A DNA stretch of 64,000 nucleotides from Acidimicrobiales bacterium (GTDB lineage Bacteria; Actinomycetota; Acidimicrobiia; Acidimicrobiales; Bin134): positions 2,765,103-2,829,102 of the forward strand of contig OY760141.1 in the NCBI GenBank assembly GCA_963663255.1, read 5' to 3'. Below the pieces are notes generated by a model. It was not told the DNA's origin and ran no database searches. It worked only from the letters and a program-made list of their open reading frames with translations. Below, piece after piece: positions 1 through 7,231 of this stretch (the first letter of the stretch is position 1; each line of letters opens with the position of its first letter). The translations under genes were made by a program, and so were the position numbers.

Positions 1-827
1 AACGACCAGCTGTACCGCTGGCCCACCAGGAACCAGCGGTTCCCACCGGTCTCGCGCTCCACGATCCGCGACAGCGTTCCCATTTGAGCCTCGGGACGCT
101 CCCCGAACCGGATCACCCTCTTGGCCTCCATGCCACCCTCGTTGATCACCGGATGCACCATGAGCACGTCGTAGGCCTCGGCGGCCGCGGCCGCCGCCCC
201 GAAGCTGGCCGAGGTGACGCAGGCGAAGATGGCCTGGCAGCCAGCTTCGATGAGCCTGACGGTCTCCCTCCGGGCCTGGAGGTGGTCTGTGGCGTCATCG
301 GCGATCAGTAGCTCGACCGGGCGATGGTCCACTCCCCCGCTGGCGTTGGCCTGCTCAACGGCGAGCTGGGCCATGTACTCGGCGGCCATAGAGTAGACGG
401 CTCCCGACCCCGACTTGCTGGTCAAAAGCCCCACCCGGCGGGCCCCCGTGGGCGCCGGCGTGGGCAGCGACGCCCCCCGATGACGGGCCAACCACTCGAT
501 GCCCTCAGACGGCACCTGCGCCCGGAACCGGACACGTGTTTGGGCCATGCCCGTTCGCTCGAACTTGATTCGAAGCTGCCCCCGCCAAGGCTGATCGTGC
601 TCTATCACGATCTCGCGCCCGGGCAGAACGACCCTCAAGCGGCCCAAAACTTGGGCATCGCATCCCCCCGGCAAATCGATGGCCACCGCATAGCCGGGCG
701 CCACCCGGTGACACCGTGCCCTGAACATCCACCCCGCGTCGTCCCGTCTCCCGAAGCGCCCGAATGCCTCTGCTGGCGTCAGGTTGACGTCAGCCTCGCT
801 CGACAGCGTGACCGTCGCGGAGTTCAC
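1..827 (-). CDS. Partial CDS (C-terminus beyond left edge): cytoplasmic AmiC/LivJ-type ligand-binding protein (Peripla_BP_6-like) with an extra ~100-aa N-terminal domain of unclear fold
   Basis: Absent from the ORF track because no stop lies in the window. My reverse-complement translation is open from GTG 827-825 to base 1: VNSATVTLSSEADVNLTPAEAF...IKFERTGMAQTRVRFRAQVPSEGIEWL...ARRVGLLTSKSGSGAVYSMAAEYMAQLAVEQANASGGVDHRPVELLIADDATD...NRWFLVGQRYSWS. The GLLTSKSG / LAVEQANASGGV / ELLIADD / WFLVGQRYSW strings are typical of the AmiC / Leu-Ile-Val-binding fold. No signal peptide or lipobox. GTG overlaps the arsR stop (GTGA 827-824). Alternative start ATG 548-546. Confidence 0.55.
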   Translation of the reverse strand, partial: MNSATVTLSSEADVNLTPAEAFGRFGRRDDAGWMFRARCHRVAPGYAVAIDLPGGCDAQVLGRLRVVLPGREIVIEHDQPWRGQLRIKFERTGMAQTRVRFRAQVPSEGIEWLARHRGASLPTPAPTGARRVGLLTSKSGSGAVYSMAAEYMAQLAVEQANASGGVDHRPVELLIADDATDHLQARRETVRLIEAGCQAIFACVTSASFGAAAAAAEAYDVLMVHPVINEGGMEAKRVIRFGERPEAQMGTLSRIVERETGGNRWFLVGQRYSWS

Positions 828-1183
828 CCCACCGCCAGTGTCTCCTCAAACGACTCCTGGGGCTCAGCTGTTACGGCGGAAGCGCTCAATTCGTCTGCTG
901 CCTGCGTCATGATCCGCTGAAGAAAGTCGAGCGCCTCTCGCACCGAGCCATCGGCGTCAAGCCGGACATACCGATAACGGCCCACTTTGCGCTCCTGAAC
1001 CACGCCGGATGTGCGGAGAACCCGCAGATGCGACGAGACCGTCGTCCTCCCGACCGAATCAATCCGCTCCGTGATCTCCGACACGGTGCACTCCCCGTGG
1101 TCGCTCAATATCGCCAGGATTTGCCGACGGACTCCGTCCGACAGGGCATCGAAGGCGAGACTCTCAGTTGATGGGCGCACCAT
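824..1183 (-). CDS. ArsR/SmtB-family winged-helix transcriptional regulator
   Basis: 119 aa; LSDGVRRQILAILSDHGECTVSEITERIDSVGRTTVSSHLRVLRTSGVVQERKVGRYRYVRL matches the ArsR HTH core. Confidence 0.85.
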   Translation of the reverse strand: MVRPSTESLAFDALSDGVRRQILAILSDHGECTVSEITERIDSVGRTTVSSHLRVLRTSGVVQERKVGRYRYVRLDADGSVREALDFLQRIMTQAADELSASAVTAEPQESFEETLAVG

Positions 1184-1251
1184 GAGATCCTACCCCTCGA
1201 CCTATCTCTCCAGGCACATCACTGTGCTACAGCAAACCACGGGCAACCTCC

Positions 1252-2286
1252 TCACTTGACCAGATTCTGCATGCGTCCTCGATCGATTGTGACCAGCACG
1301 GCGAGGATCACGACGAGGCCTCTGAGGATGTCCTGGGTAAAGATCGACACGCCGGTGACGTTCAGCCCATTGCTCAGCACCGTCAAAAGCGCGACCCCCA
1401 GAAGCGTCCGGGGCATGCCGCCCACTCCCCCGGTGAGCGCCGTGCCCCCGATCACGATGGCGGCGATCGAGTCGAGGAGGTATTGGTTGCCCAGGCTCGG
1501 GGTGGCCGATCCTAGCTGGAGAAGCAGGATCGCTCCGCCAAAGCCGGCCGTGGCCCCAGACACGACGAACGCCATCGTCTTGTACCGTCGCACGGGCACC
1601 CCGCTCAACCCGGCCACGGGCTCGCCCGCGCCGATGGCCACCAGATACCGCCCGAATCGGGTGTAGCGGTTGATGAACACCAGCAACACCCAAACGATGA
1701 TGGCAGCCAGGAAGGTGTTGGGAACATCTGGTATCAACTCGCCCCGGGCCAACCACTCGAAGGGCAGCTCATCGACGAAGACGGCCCTTCCCGACAAGAT
1801 GTGCAGGGTGATCCCGGTGAAGATGGAAAGCGTTCCCAAAGTCACGATGAACGATGGGAGCCTCAGCAAGATCGAGCAGAACGCATTGACGCCGCCGAGG
1901 GCCATCCCAATGAAGATGGTGAGGATGAACCCCGCCGTTCCCAGTCCATGATCGGAGATCAAAACGGCAGCCGCGGCGGCGGAGAGGGCCGCGATCGCAC
2001 CCACGGACAGGTCGATCGATCCCATCAGTACGACCAGCGTTGCTCCCAACGAGATCATCAACAGCGGTCCGGCCTGGGTGAGCATCACGTTGAGATTGGT
2101 GATGGAGATAAAGCGCGATTCGAAGGCGGTGAACAGCCCGATTAGCACCGGCAGCACCAGCACGGGTACCAGCGGTCGCCCCCATCGCTGGATGAACTCC
2201 ATCACGTCGAGCATGACGGCGGCAGGCCGGGTAGCGTCCTCCCCGGCACTGGATGGCTCGGTGTCGAGGGTCTCGTTGTCTGCCAT
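1252..2286 (-). CDS. Sugar ABC transporter permease (RbsC/AraH, BPD_transp_2 family)
   Basis: 344 aa, multi-TM. Motifs: GSIDLSVGAI, RFGRYLVAIGAGEPVAGLSGVPV, IAAIVIGGTALTGGVGG. Lies 11 nt downstream of the dual-NBD ATPase gene. Confidence 0.85.
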   Translation of the reverse strand: MADNETLDTEPSSAGEDATRPAAVMLDVMEFIQRWGRPLVPVLVLPVLIGLFTAFESRFISITNLNVMLTQAGPLLMISLGATLVVLMGSIDLSVGAIAALSAAAAAVLISDHGLGTAGFILTIFIGMALGGVNAFCSILLRLPSFIVTLGTLSIFTGITLHILSGRAVFVDELPFEWLARGELIPDVPNTFLAAIIVWVLLVFINRYTRFGRYLVAIGAGEPVAGLSGVPVRRYKTMAFVVSGATAGFGGAILLLQLGSATPSLGNQYLLDSIAAIVIGGTALTGGVGGMPRTLLGVALLTVLSNGLNVTGVSIFTQDILRGLVVILAVLVTIDRGRMQNLVK

Positions 2287-2297
2287 CGGTGTCTTCC

Positions 2298-3857
2298 TTA
2301 TGTCATGAGCCCGATGACGTAGGCCTCATCGGGCTTGTTGTCACGTGATGCGTCGATGGTCTCCACCAAGCGGCCACTCCTCATGACGAGGATGCGATCG
2401 CTCAAACCGATCAGCTCGGGCAAGTCGTCGCTAACGATGATGATGCCGGCGTGGGTCTCGGCCAGGTCGCGCAAGATGCCGTAGATCTCTCCCTTGGCGC
2501 CCACGTCCACGCCGGCGGTGGGGTTCTCAAGGATGAGTACCCCCGGCTCTCGTCGGATCCACTTGGCCAGCGCCACTTTCTGCTGGTTGCCGCCGCTTAC
2601 TTGCGAGATCTTCTGGCCGTCGGTTGCCCTGATATCGAACTTGCGGATGGCGACCTCAGTCTCGCTTCGCTCTAAGCGGTTCTTCCAGATGCCTCCCCAG
2701 TGCACGAATCCGTATTCATCACGGTCACCGCTGGGCAGCGAGAGGTTGAACCTCACAGAATCGGTCTGGATGAGGCTGTCGGTGTGGCGATCGGGAGACA
2801 GGTAGCCCAGTCCCTTGCGCTTCATCCGCACGGTGGACGCGCGGGGCACAGCGGTATCAAGGAGGGTCACCTGGCCTTCATCCATGCGGTCGGCGCCGGC
2901 CAAGCTGCGAGCTAGTGACGACTTCCCGGAGCCCAGGAGGCCGGCAATGCCCAGAATCTCGCCTTGGCGCAGATCGAAGGTGACGTCTCGGAACAGGAAT
3001 TTCTGCGCGTCGGCCCGGTTGTACTGCGCCCGATCGCGGCAGCTGGCGCTGCGCACCGACAGCACAATGCGTTCTCGCAGTCCGCTGCCCTGGCGGTCCT
3101 CGGCGTGGAAGTCGGCATGGCGGACTCGACCGACCATGAATTCGTGCAGCGTGGCCTCGTCGGTGTCGGTGGCGGTGGTCTGCGCCACTTTCTCGCCGTC
3201 TTTGAGCACCACGATGTCCTGGCAGACCTCGAGCACTTCCTTCAGCCGGTGGGAGACAAACGCCACTCCAAGTCCGCGGGTGGCCAACTCGGTGACGAGG
3301 CCGAGCAGGTGGGGCACCTCCTCATGGCTAAGCGCGGCAGTGGGCTCATCGAAGAGCACGAAGGTGCGTGGCAGGCCGAGAACGTCGGGCACGGCAGTGG
3401 CTTTCACTGCTTCGGCGGCTTGGCGAATCGAATAGTTGAACTCGCTGGTGAGGCGGGTGACGTCCACATGGATGCCGAACTCGTCCACGACCCGCTGGGC
3501 TTCTCGGATCATGCGGGTGCGACTCAAGATTCCCCGATTGGTAAACGCGATCTCATGGCCCAAGAAGAGGTTCTCGTAGAGCGGGATGCCTGCGATCAGC
3601 GCCGGCTCCTGGAACACCCGCCAGATGCCCAGCGTGTTGGCCGCCTTGTAGGAATGGGGATCGAACCGTTCGCCGTTGAGCTGCATCGCCCCCCTGTCCG
3701 GCCTGGTGATGCCGCAGACGATGTTCAAGAGCGTCGACTTTCCCGCACCGTTCTCGCCTACGAGGCCGGTGACCTTTCCAGGCTCAATTGACAGGGTGAC
3801 ATTGTCAAGCGCCAATTGAGCGTCGTAGCGCTTCGTGACGCCCTCGATCCGTAGCAT
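2298..3857 (-). CDS. Sugar ABC transporter ATP-binding protein with duplicated NBD (RbsA/MglA type)
   Basis: 519 aa. Walker A GENGAGKST in the first half; second half has the signature VSGGNQQK and Walker B LILENPTAGVD. Confidence 0.9.
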   Translation of the reverse strand: MLRIEGVTKRYDAQLALDNVTLSIEPGKVTGLVGENGAGKSTLLNIVCGITRPDRGAMQLNGERFDPHSYKAANTLGIWRVFQEPALIAGIPLYENLFLGHEIAFTNRGILSRTRMIREAQRVVDEFGIHVDVTRLTSEFNYSIRQAAEAVKATAVPDVLGLPRTFVLFDEPTAALSHEEVPHLLGLVTELATRGLGVAFVSHRLKEVLEVCQDIVVLKDGEKVAQTTATDTDEATLHEFMVGRVRHADFHAEDRQGSGLRERIVLSVRSASCRDRAQYNRADAQKFLFRDVTFDLRQGEILGIAGLLGSGKSSLARSLAGADRMDEGQVTLLDTAVPRASTVRMKRKGLGYLSPDRHTDSLIQTDSVRFNLSLPSGDRDEYGFVHWGGIWKNRLERSETEVAIRKFDIRATDGQKISQVSGGNQQKVALAKWIRREPGVLILENPTAGVDVGAKGEIYGILRDLAETHAGIIIVSDDLPELIGLSDRILVMRSGRLVETIDASRDNKPDEAYVIGLMT

Positions 3858-3901
3858 CGCTACGCTCTTTCCCCCCTCACCTCGGGTCGCGGAATGGTGG
3901 A

Positions 3902-3942
3902 ACCTTACGCGTGAAGCACCGACACGTCAACCATGATCGACG
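3902..3942 (-). promoter_or_regulatory. Putative sigma-70-type promoter plus overlapping inverted-repeat operator upstream of the ABC ATPase gene
   Basis: Minus-strand reading: CGTCGATCATGGTTGACG-TGTCGGTGCTTCACGCG-TAAGGT. -35 TTGACG (3930-3925), 17-nt spacer, -10 TAAGGT (3907-3902). The imperfect palindrome CGTCGAT-n4-GTTGACG (3942-3925) overlaps the -35. A near-identical copy lies at 5520-5560. Confidence 0.45.
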
Positions 3943-4002
3943 TATCGAATGGGCCGGTTCAGCCCCCAAGAGGCTGGTGAGCGGGCTGGTGAGAAGCTTG
4001 GG

Positions 4003-5421
4003 TTAGAGCTGTACTCCGGTGAAGTCGAAGTTGTCCATCTTGATCTTGTAGTGGCTTTCGTAGAGCGCATCGGTCTCTGCAATTCCCCCCGCCGCTGCGG
4101 CCTCGGACCAGTCAGAGGGGAGCTGGTAGCCCGAGGGCGGTTCGGCAATCCCCACCCAGTACTCCTCGAGGTGGATCGAAGCCAAGCTGGTCTGCGGGTC
4201 CCAGTCATCCGGGTTGTGAACCCGCGACGCGAGAATGGGATCGAACGGGAGCCGGTTCTCAGCGCCGTAGTAGCGACTGATCAGACCGTCCACATTCTCC
4301 TGTGTGACGTGAATGCCGTTGACCCACATCTGCCGCTCGATCGGACCGAACTCCACGCCTTGCAGCGTGTCGTACATGCGGGTGATCGGATGGACCGCAA
4401 AGGAGTGCGGTCCGTGGAAGTTAGTCGAGAACACCTCCCCACTCTGGATGTTCTCCAGGATGTCGGGGTTACCGTCCTGCCCACAGAACAGGACATCGTC
4501 GCCCGGGGTATAACCCAACCCTTCCGCGGCGGGAAGGACGCCGGTGAGCATGGCATCGTTCGAGCAGGCCACGCCATCGGGCTTGCCATGCCGTCCGACG
4601 AGATCCTGGAACGCCTGCTGGGCCAGCACCGGATCCCAGCTGCCGGGCAGTTCTCCGACAATACTGAGCGTGGGGAACTCATCCACGGCCTGGTGCACAC
4701 CGGCTGTGCGACGGAAGGCGAGAGACCCCCCGGGGAAGCCTGCGATATGGAAGATCTTGCCTTCGGCCGAACCCAGCCGGTTCACGATCTCCTGGCACAT
4801 GAGTTTGGTCGACCCGTAGATGTTGGGCGGGTCGTGCAGGTCCCAGAACGCGGTGTAGAACTCGTTGGTGTCCACGGGCATGAACCACGGTCCGGCAGCC
4901 CACATCTGTGAGTGGTAGGCGCCGGCCGGGGTGGCCGCCTGGTTGATCGGGCGAACCTCGGAGCCGTCAATACCCGATACCCAGATCATGTTGTGCCCGC
5001 TGCCGATGTACTGGCGAGCGAGGTTGACGGATTCCACTGGGTCGAGATTGGTGTTGCCCTCGGTGTAGGCCGAGAGGCCCAGGACCTCGACGGTCTGGCG
5101 ACCGGCGTCGGCCATGGTGCGCGTGTACTGGTTCGGCGTCAAGATGAGGTGGGCCAGTCGCCCCTCTTTGCGAGAGACAACGGCCACCGTCTGCGTGGGA
5201 GCCGCCGTAGCGGTCGCCGGAGTGCCGCCTCCGTTACCGTTGCCGCACCCGGCCAACCCGACCCCGGCGAGAGCGACGCCGACAGCCGACATTCGCAGGA
5301 CATCCCTGCGGGACATGCCGACTGTGTCGAGTTGCTCGAGAATCGGATCGATGGTGCTGTTGTCGCCGGGAGTCGGAATCGATGTGGCACGAACGGAATT
5401 GGACTTTGAAGAACCTCTCAT
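4003..5421 (-). CDS. Sugar ABC transporter substrate-binding lipoprotein (Peripla_BP_4/RbsB-like), Tat-type signal
   Basis: Start chosen at ATG 5421 (RBS GAGAGGGGAAG upstream), not the track start 5532. N-terminus has SRRDVLRM followed by lipobox LAGCG. The body carries RbsB-like strings (ACSNDAMLTGVLPAAEGLG, FCGQDGNPDILENIQSGEV). Confidence 0.75.
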   Translation of the reverse strand: MRGSSKSNSVRATSIPTPGDNSTIDPILEQLDTVGMSRRDVLRMSAVGVALAGVGLAGCGNGNGGGTPATATAAPTQTVAVVSRKEGRLAHLILTPNQYTRTMADAGRQTVEVLGLSAYTEGNTNLDPVESVNLARQYIGSGHNMIWVSGIDGSEVRPINQAATPAGAYHSQMWAAGPWFMPVDTNEFYTAFWDLHDPPNIYGSTKLMCQEIVNRLGSAEGKIFHIAGFPGGSLAFRRTAGVHQAVDEFPTLSIVGELPGSWDPVLAQQAFQDLVGRHGKPDGVACSNDAMLTGVLPAAEGLGYTPGDDVLFCGQDGNPDILENIQSGEVFSTNFHGPHSFAVHPITRMYDTLQGVEFGPIERQMWVNGIHVTQENVDGLISRYYGAENRLPFDPILASRVHNPDDWDPQTSLASIHLEEYWVGIAEPPSGYQLPSDWSEAAAAGGIAETDALYESHYKIKMDNFDFTGVQL

Positions 5422-5519
5422 GGTGGCTTCCCCTCTCTCTATTTCTCTGCCCCCCACAAGTGCCCCTGAACCACGGGTTTCCGGCGGCTCACCTGATATA
5501 GCGGACCAGATTTGGGGGA

Positions 5520-5560
5520 ACCTTACGCCCAATCTGCCAACACGTCAACAGCTATCGACG
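5520..5560 (-). promoter_or_regulatory. Second copy of the promoter/operator module, upstream of the substrate-binding protein gene
   Basis: Minus-strand reading: CGTCGATAGCTGTTGACG-TGTTGGCAGATTGGGCG-TAAGGT. -35 TTGACG (5548-5543), 17-nt spacer, -10 TAAGGT (5525-5520). Palindrome at 5560-5543. The flanking GGAACCTTACGC string is also shared with the 3902-3942 copy. Confidence 0.45.
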
Positions 5561-5717
5561 CATTATGCCTCCTCGCCTAACCCGTCGATATCCATTGACC
5601 TATCGGGCTTGCTGTGCTTGACTTGTCGCCACCGCAAAAGGCCATCGACGCAGTGCTGACGGGTCGGACTCGGTCCGGCTTGCGCAGCCCGATGATCATC
5701 GAAGGAGAGGCGAGGCT

Positions 5718-5921
5718 ATGAGCTCACCCACCACCCAAGTCTTAGGTCCTTCACCCGGTGGCCTGCTGGCGTTGGCCGAGTGGTCGCTCGTGGCCCTGGC
5801 GCTGTTCGCCGTGCACATCCTGCTGCAAGAGAACGGATTCTTGTTCTCCGACCAGATTGCCCACTATCTGCACGAGTTCGCCCACGACGCCCGGCACTCC
5901 CTCGGCGCTCCCTGTCACTAA
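5718..5921 (+). CDS. cbtB: Cobalt transporter subunit CbtB
   Basis: 67 aa, one TM helix, C-terminal HEFAHDARHSLGAPCH metal-ligand motif characteristic of CbtB. RBS GAAGGAGAGG. Confidence 0.8.
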   Translation: MSSPTTQVLGPSPGGLLALAEWSLVALALFAVHILLQENGFLFSDQIAHYLHEFAHDARHSLGAPCH

Positions 5922-5936
5922 TCGCCGCGTATAGCA

Positions 5937-6755
5937 ATGGGCGGCGAGAAATGGGCCCAGCGGCTCACCCGCGGCGCGATCGCGGGCTTCGCGGGCGGTG
6001 CCGCGTCTGCACTGATCATGTGGATCGCAGTGGAGCCCTCGATCACGCAGGCCATCAACCTAGAGAATGCCGCTGGTGCCGACCACTCGCACGGCAGCGC
6101 CGGCGCTGGCGAGAACGGCGATGGCGAACTCCTTTCGCGAACAACGCAGATGATCGGTGGGACGATCACCGCAATCGTGGTGGGCGTGTTTTTCGGAGTC
6201 ATATTCACCGTTGTCTACTACCGAATCAGGCACCGTCTGTCGGGCAGGACCGATCTCGGGCGATCATTGAGTCTGGCCGCCTTAGCGTTTGCCGTGATCG
6301 GATTGCTCCCCGCCCTGAAGGTGCCCGCCAACCCTCCGGGCGTCGGAGATCCGGGCACGGTCGACGACCGAACGCTCACCTATCTGGCGATCATCCTCTG
6401 TGGGCTATTCCTCGTTTGGGCAAGCTTCGCCGCTTCGCTAGCCGTACACCAGCGGACCGACCGCGCCGAGCTGAGGTGGATCACCGCCGCCGGGGTAGCC
6501 GTGGTCGGCGGGGCCGCGATCCTCTTATTGGCCCCAAGCGGCACCGTGGAGATCCCGGCGGCCATTCCGGCGTCGCTGGTGTGGGAATTCCGGATCGGCT
6601 CACTCGGCCAGATCGCCGGTCAGTGGCTCGGTATCGGGCTGACCTGCGGCGTCCTGGCCCACCGCAGGTCCCTGGGATTGGAGGCCCGCCCCTCACCACC
6701 CTGGACACCCGATCAAGACCCGTCGCTGACTAATTCCGCAGTGGGTGAAGACTGA
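5937..6755 (+). CDS. cbtA: Cobalt transporter subunit CbtA
   Basis: 272 aa, multi-TM, His-rich loop (ADHSHGSAG) after the first TM. Immediately downstream of cbtB. Confidence 0.75.
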   Translation: MGGEKWAQRLTRGAIAGFAGGAASALIMWIAVEPSITQAINLENAAGADHSHGSAGAGENGDGELLSRTTQMIGGTITAIVVGVFFGVIFTVVYYRIRHRLSGRTDLGRSLSLAALAFAVIGLLPALKVPANPPGVGDPGTVDDRTLTYLAIILCGLFLVWASFAASLAVHQRTDRAELRWITAAGVAVVGGAAILLLAPSGTVEIPAAIPASLVWEFRIGSLGQIAGQWLGIGLTCGVLAHRRSLGLEARPSPPWTPDQDPSLTNSAVGED

Positions 6756-6798
6756 TCGACCGGTATCATGGCGGGGCACCTTGACAAGAAGTGCACAC

Positions 6799-7187
6799 GG
6801 GGCTGATCGGTTTCGACGTTGGGACCGGGGGCTGCGCTGTGCGACCCGAGTTGCTCAGACTCGCAAAACGGGGCAACCAACTAAGCGGCAACGACCGTGA
6901 ACTTCTCGCAGCCTGATCTTTCTGGCTTAGAGAAGCACCGCGACCGGTAACGGCACGCGGGGCCGGTCCACCGCAGCCCGGCAACAGAAGCGGTGGAGAC
7001 AGTAGGGACAGACCACTGACGGCGGGAAAGACCGCTGACCCCGGGGAACAGACCCGGTGGCGGGCCCCCTAGCGGGGGCCAATCGACCCGGCGACGCAGT
7101 AGCCATCGACGCCGCACACCGGGAATGGTCGTATCACAGACAGGCACCGCCCAGCGGACGGGGGTTCGATTCCCCCCAGCTCCACTC
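6799..7187 (+). ncRNA. ssrA: tmRNA (SsrA)
   Basis: The 5' GGGGCTGATCGGTTTCGAC start (6799-6805 GGGGCTG) pairs with 3' CAGCTCC (7177-7183), giving the G3:U alanine identity pair. T-arm GGGGG-TTCGATT-CCCCC, discriminator A7184; CCA is not fully encoded. Internal tag frame 6863-6916 reads GCA AAA CGG ... CTT CTC GCA GCC TGA = (A)KRGNQLSGNDRELLAA*. The exact resume codon is not determined. Confidence 0.9.
7165..7185. repeat. Left copy of 21-bp direct repeat (putative attL) within the ssrA 3' end
   Basis: TTCGATTCCCCCCAGCTCCAC; an identical 21-mer recurs at 18023-18043. Confidence 0.75.
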
Positions 7188-7190
7188 CGA

Positions 7191-7224
7191 TTACGCTATT
7201 GAGTAATTTTACTCAATAGCGTAA
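7191..7224. repeat. Perfect AT-rich palindrome (16-bp arms, 2-nt centre) at the island's left border
   Basis: TTACGCTATTGAGTAA-tt-TTACTCAATAGCGTAA. Lies 6 nt after the left direct repeat and 10 nt upstream of a TATACT -10-like hexamer (7235-7240). Confidence 0.9.
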
Positions 7225-7231
7225 TTCAACC

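Noticed and set aside
5533-5717. Expected a cobalamin (or NiCo) riboswitch upstream of cbtB-cbtA, since cbtAB operons are commonly B12-riboswitch controlled.
   Set aside because: Reading both strands, I could not find the B12 box (…AGCCAGGAGACCTGCC-like) or the GGTGxxAAxxCC / GCCACTG-type core strings. The only features present are the sugar-transporter promoter copy and weak stems. A covariance-model scan (Rfam RF00174, RF01054-type) would be decisive.
5780-6733. Long alternate-frame ORFs typical of high-GC DNA. Plus strand: 324-920, 5780-6733, 30442-31557, 41654-43450, 57005-58510, 58682-60553, 60247-61740. Minus strand: 32049-33263, 36225-37460, 55267-56637.
   Set aside because: Each overlaps a gene with clear family motifs in another frame or strand and shows extreme Arg/Gly/Pro bias. 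They are treated as non-coding shadows.
6781-6786. TTGACA hexamer just upstream of ssrA as its -35 element.
   Set aside because: It ends only 12 nt before the mature tmRNA 5' end (6799), leaving no room for a spacer plus a -10. The true promoter is probably further upstream, within or after the cbtA 3' end.
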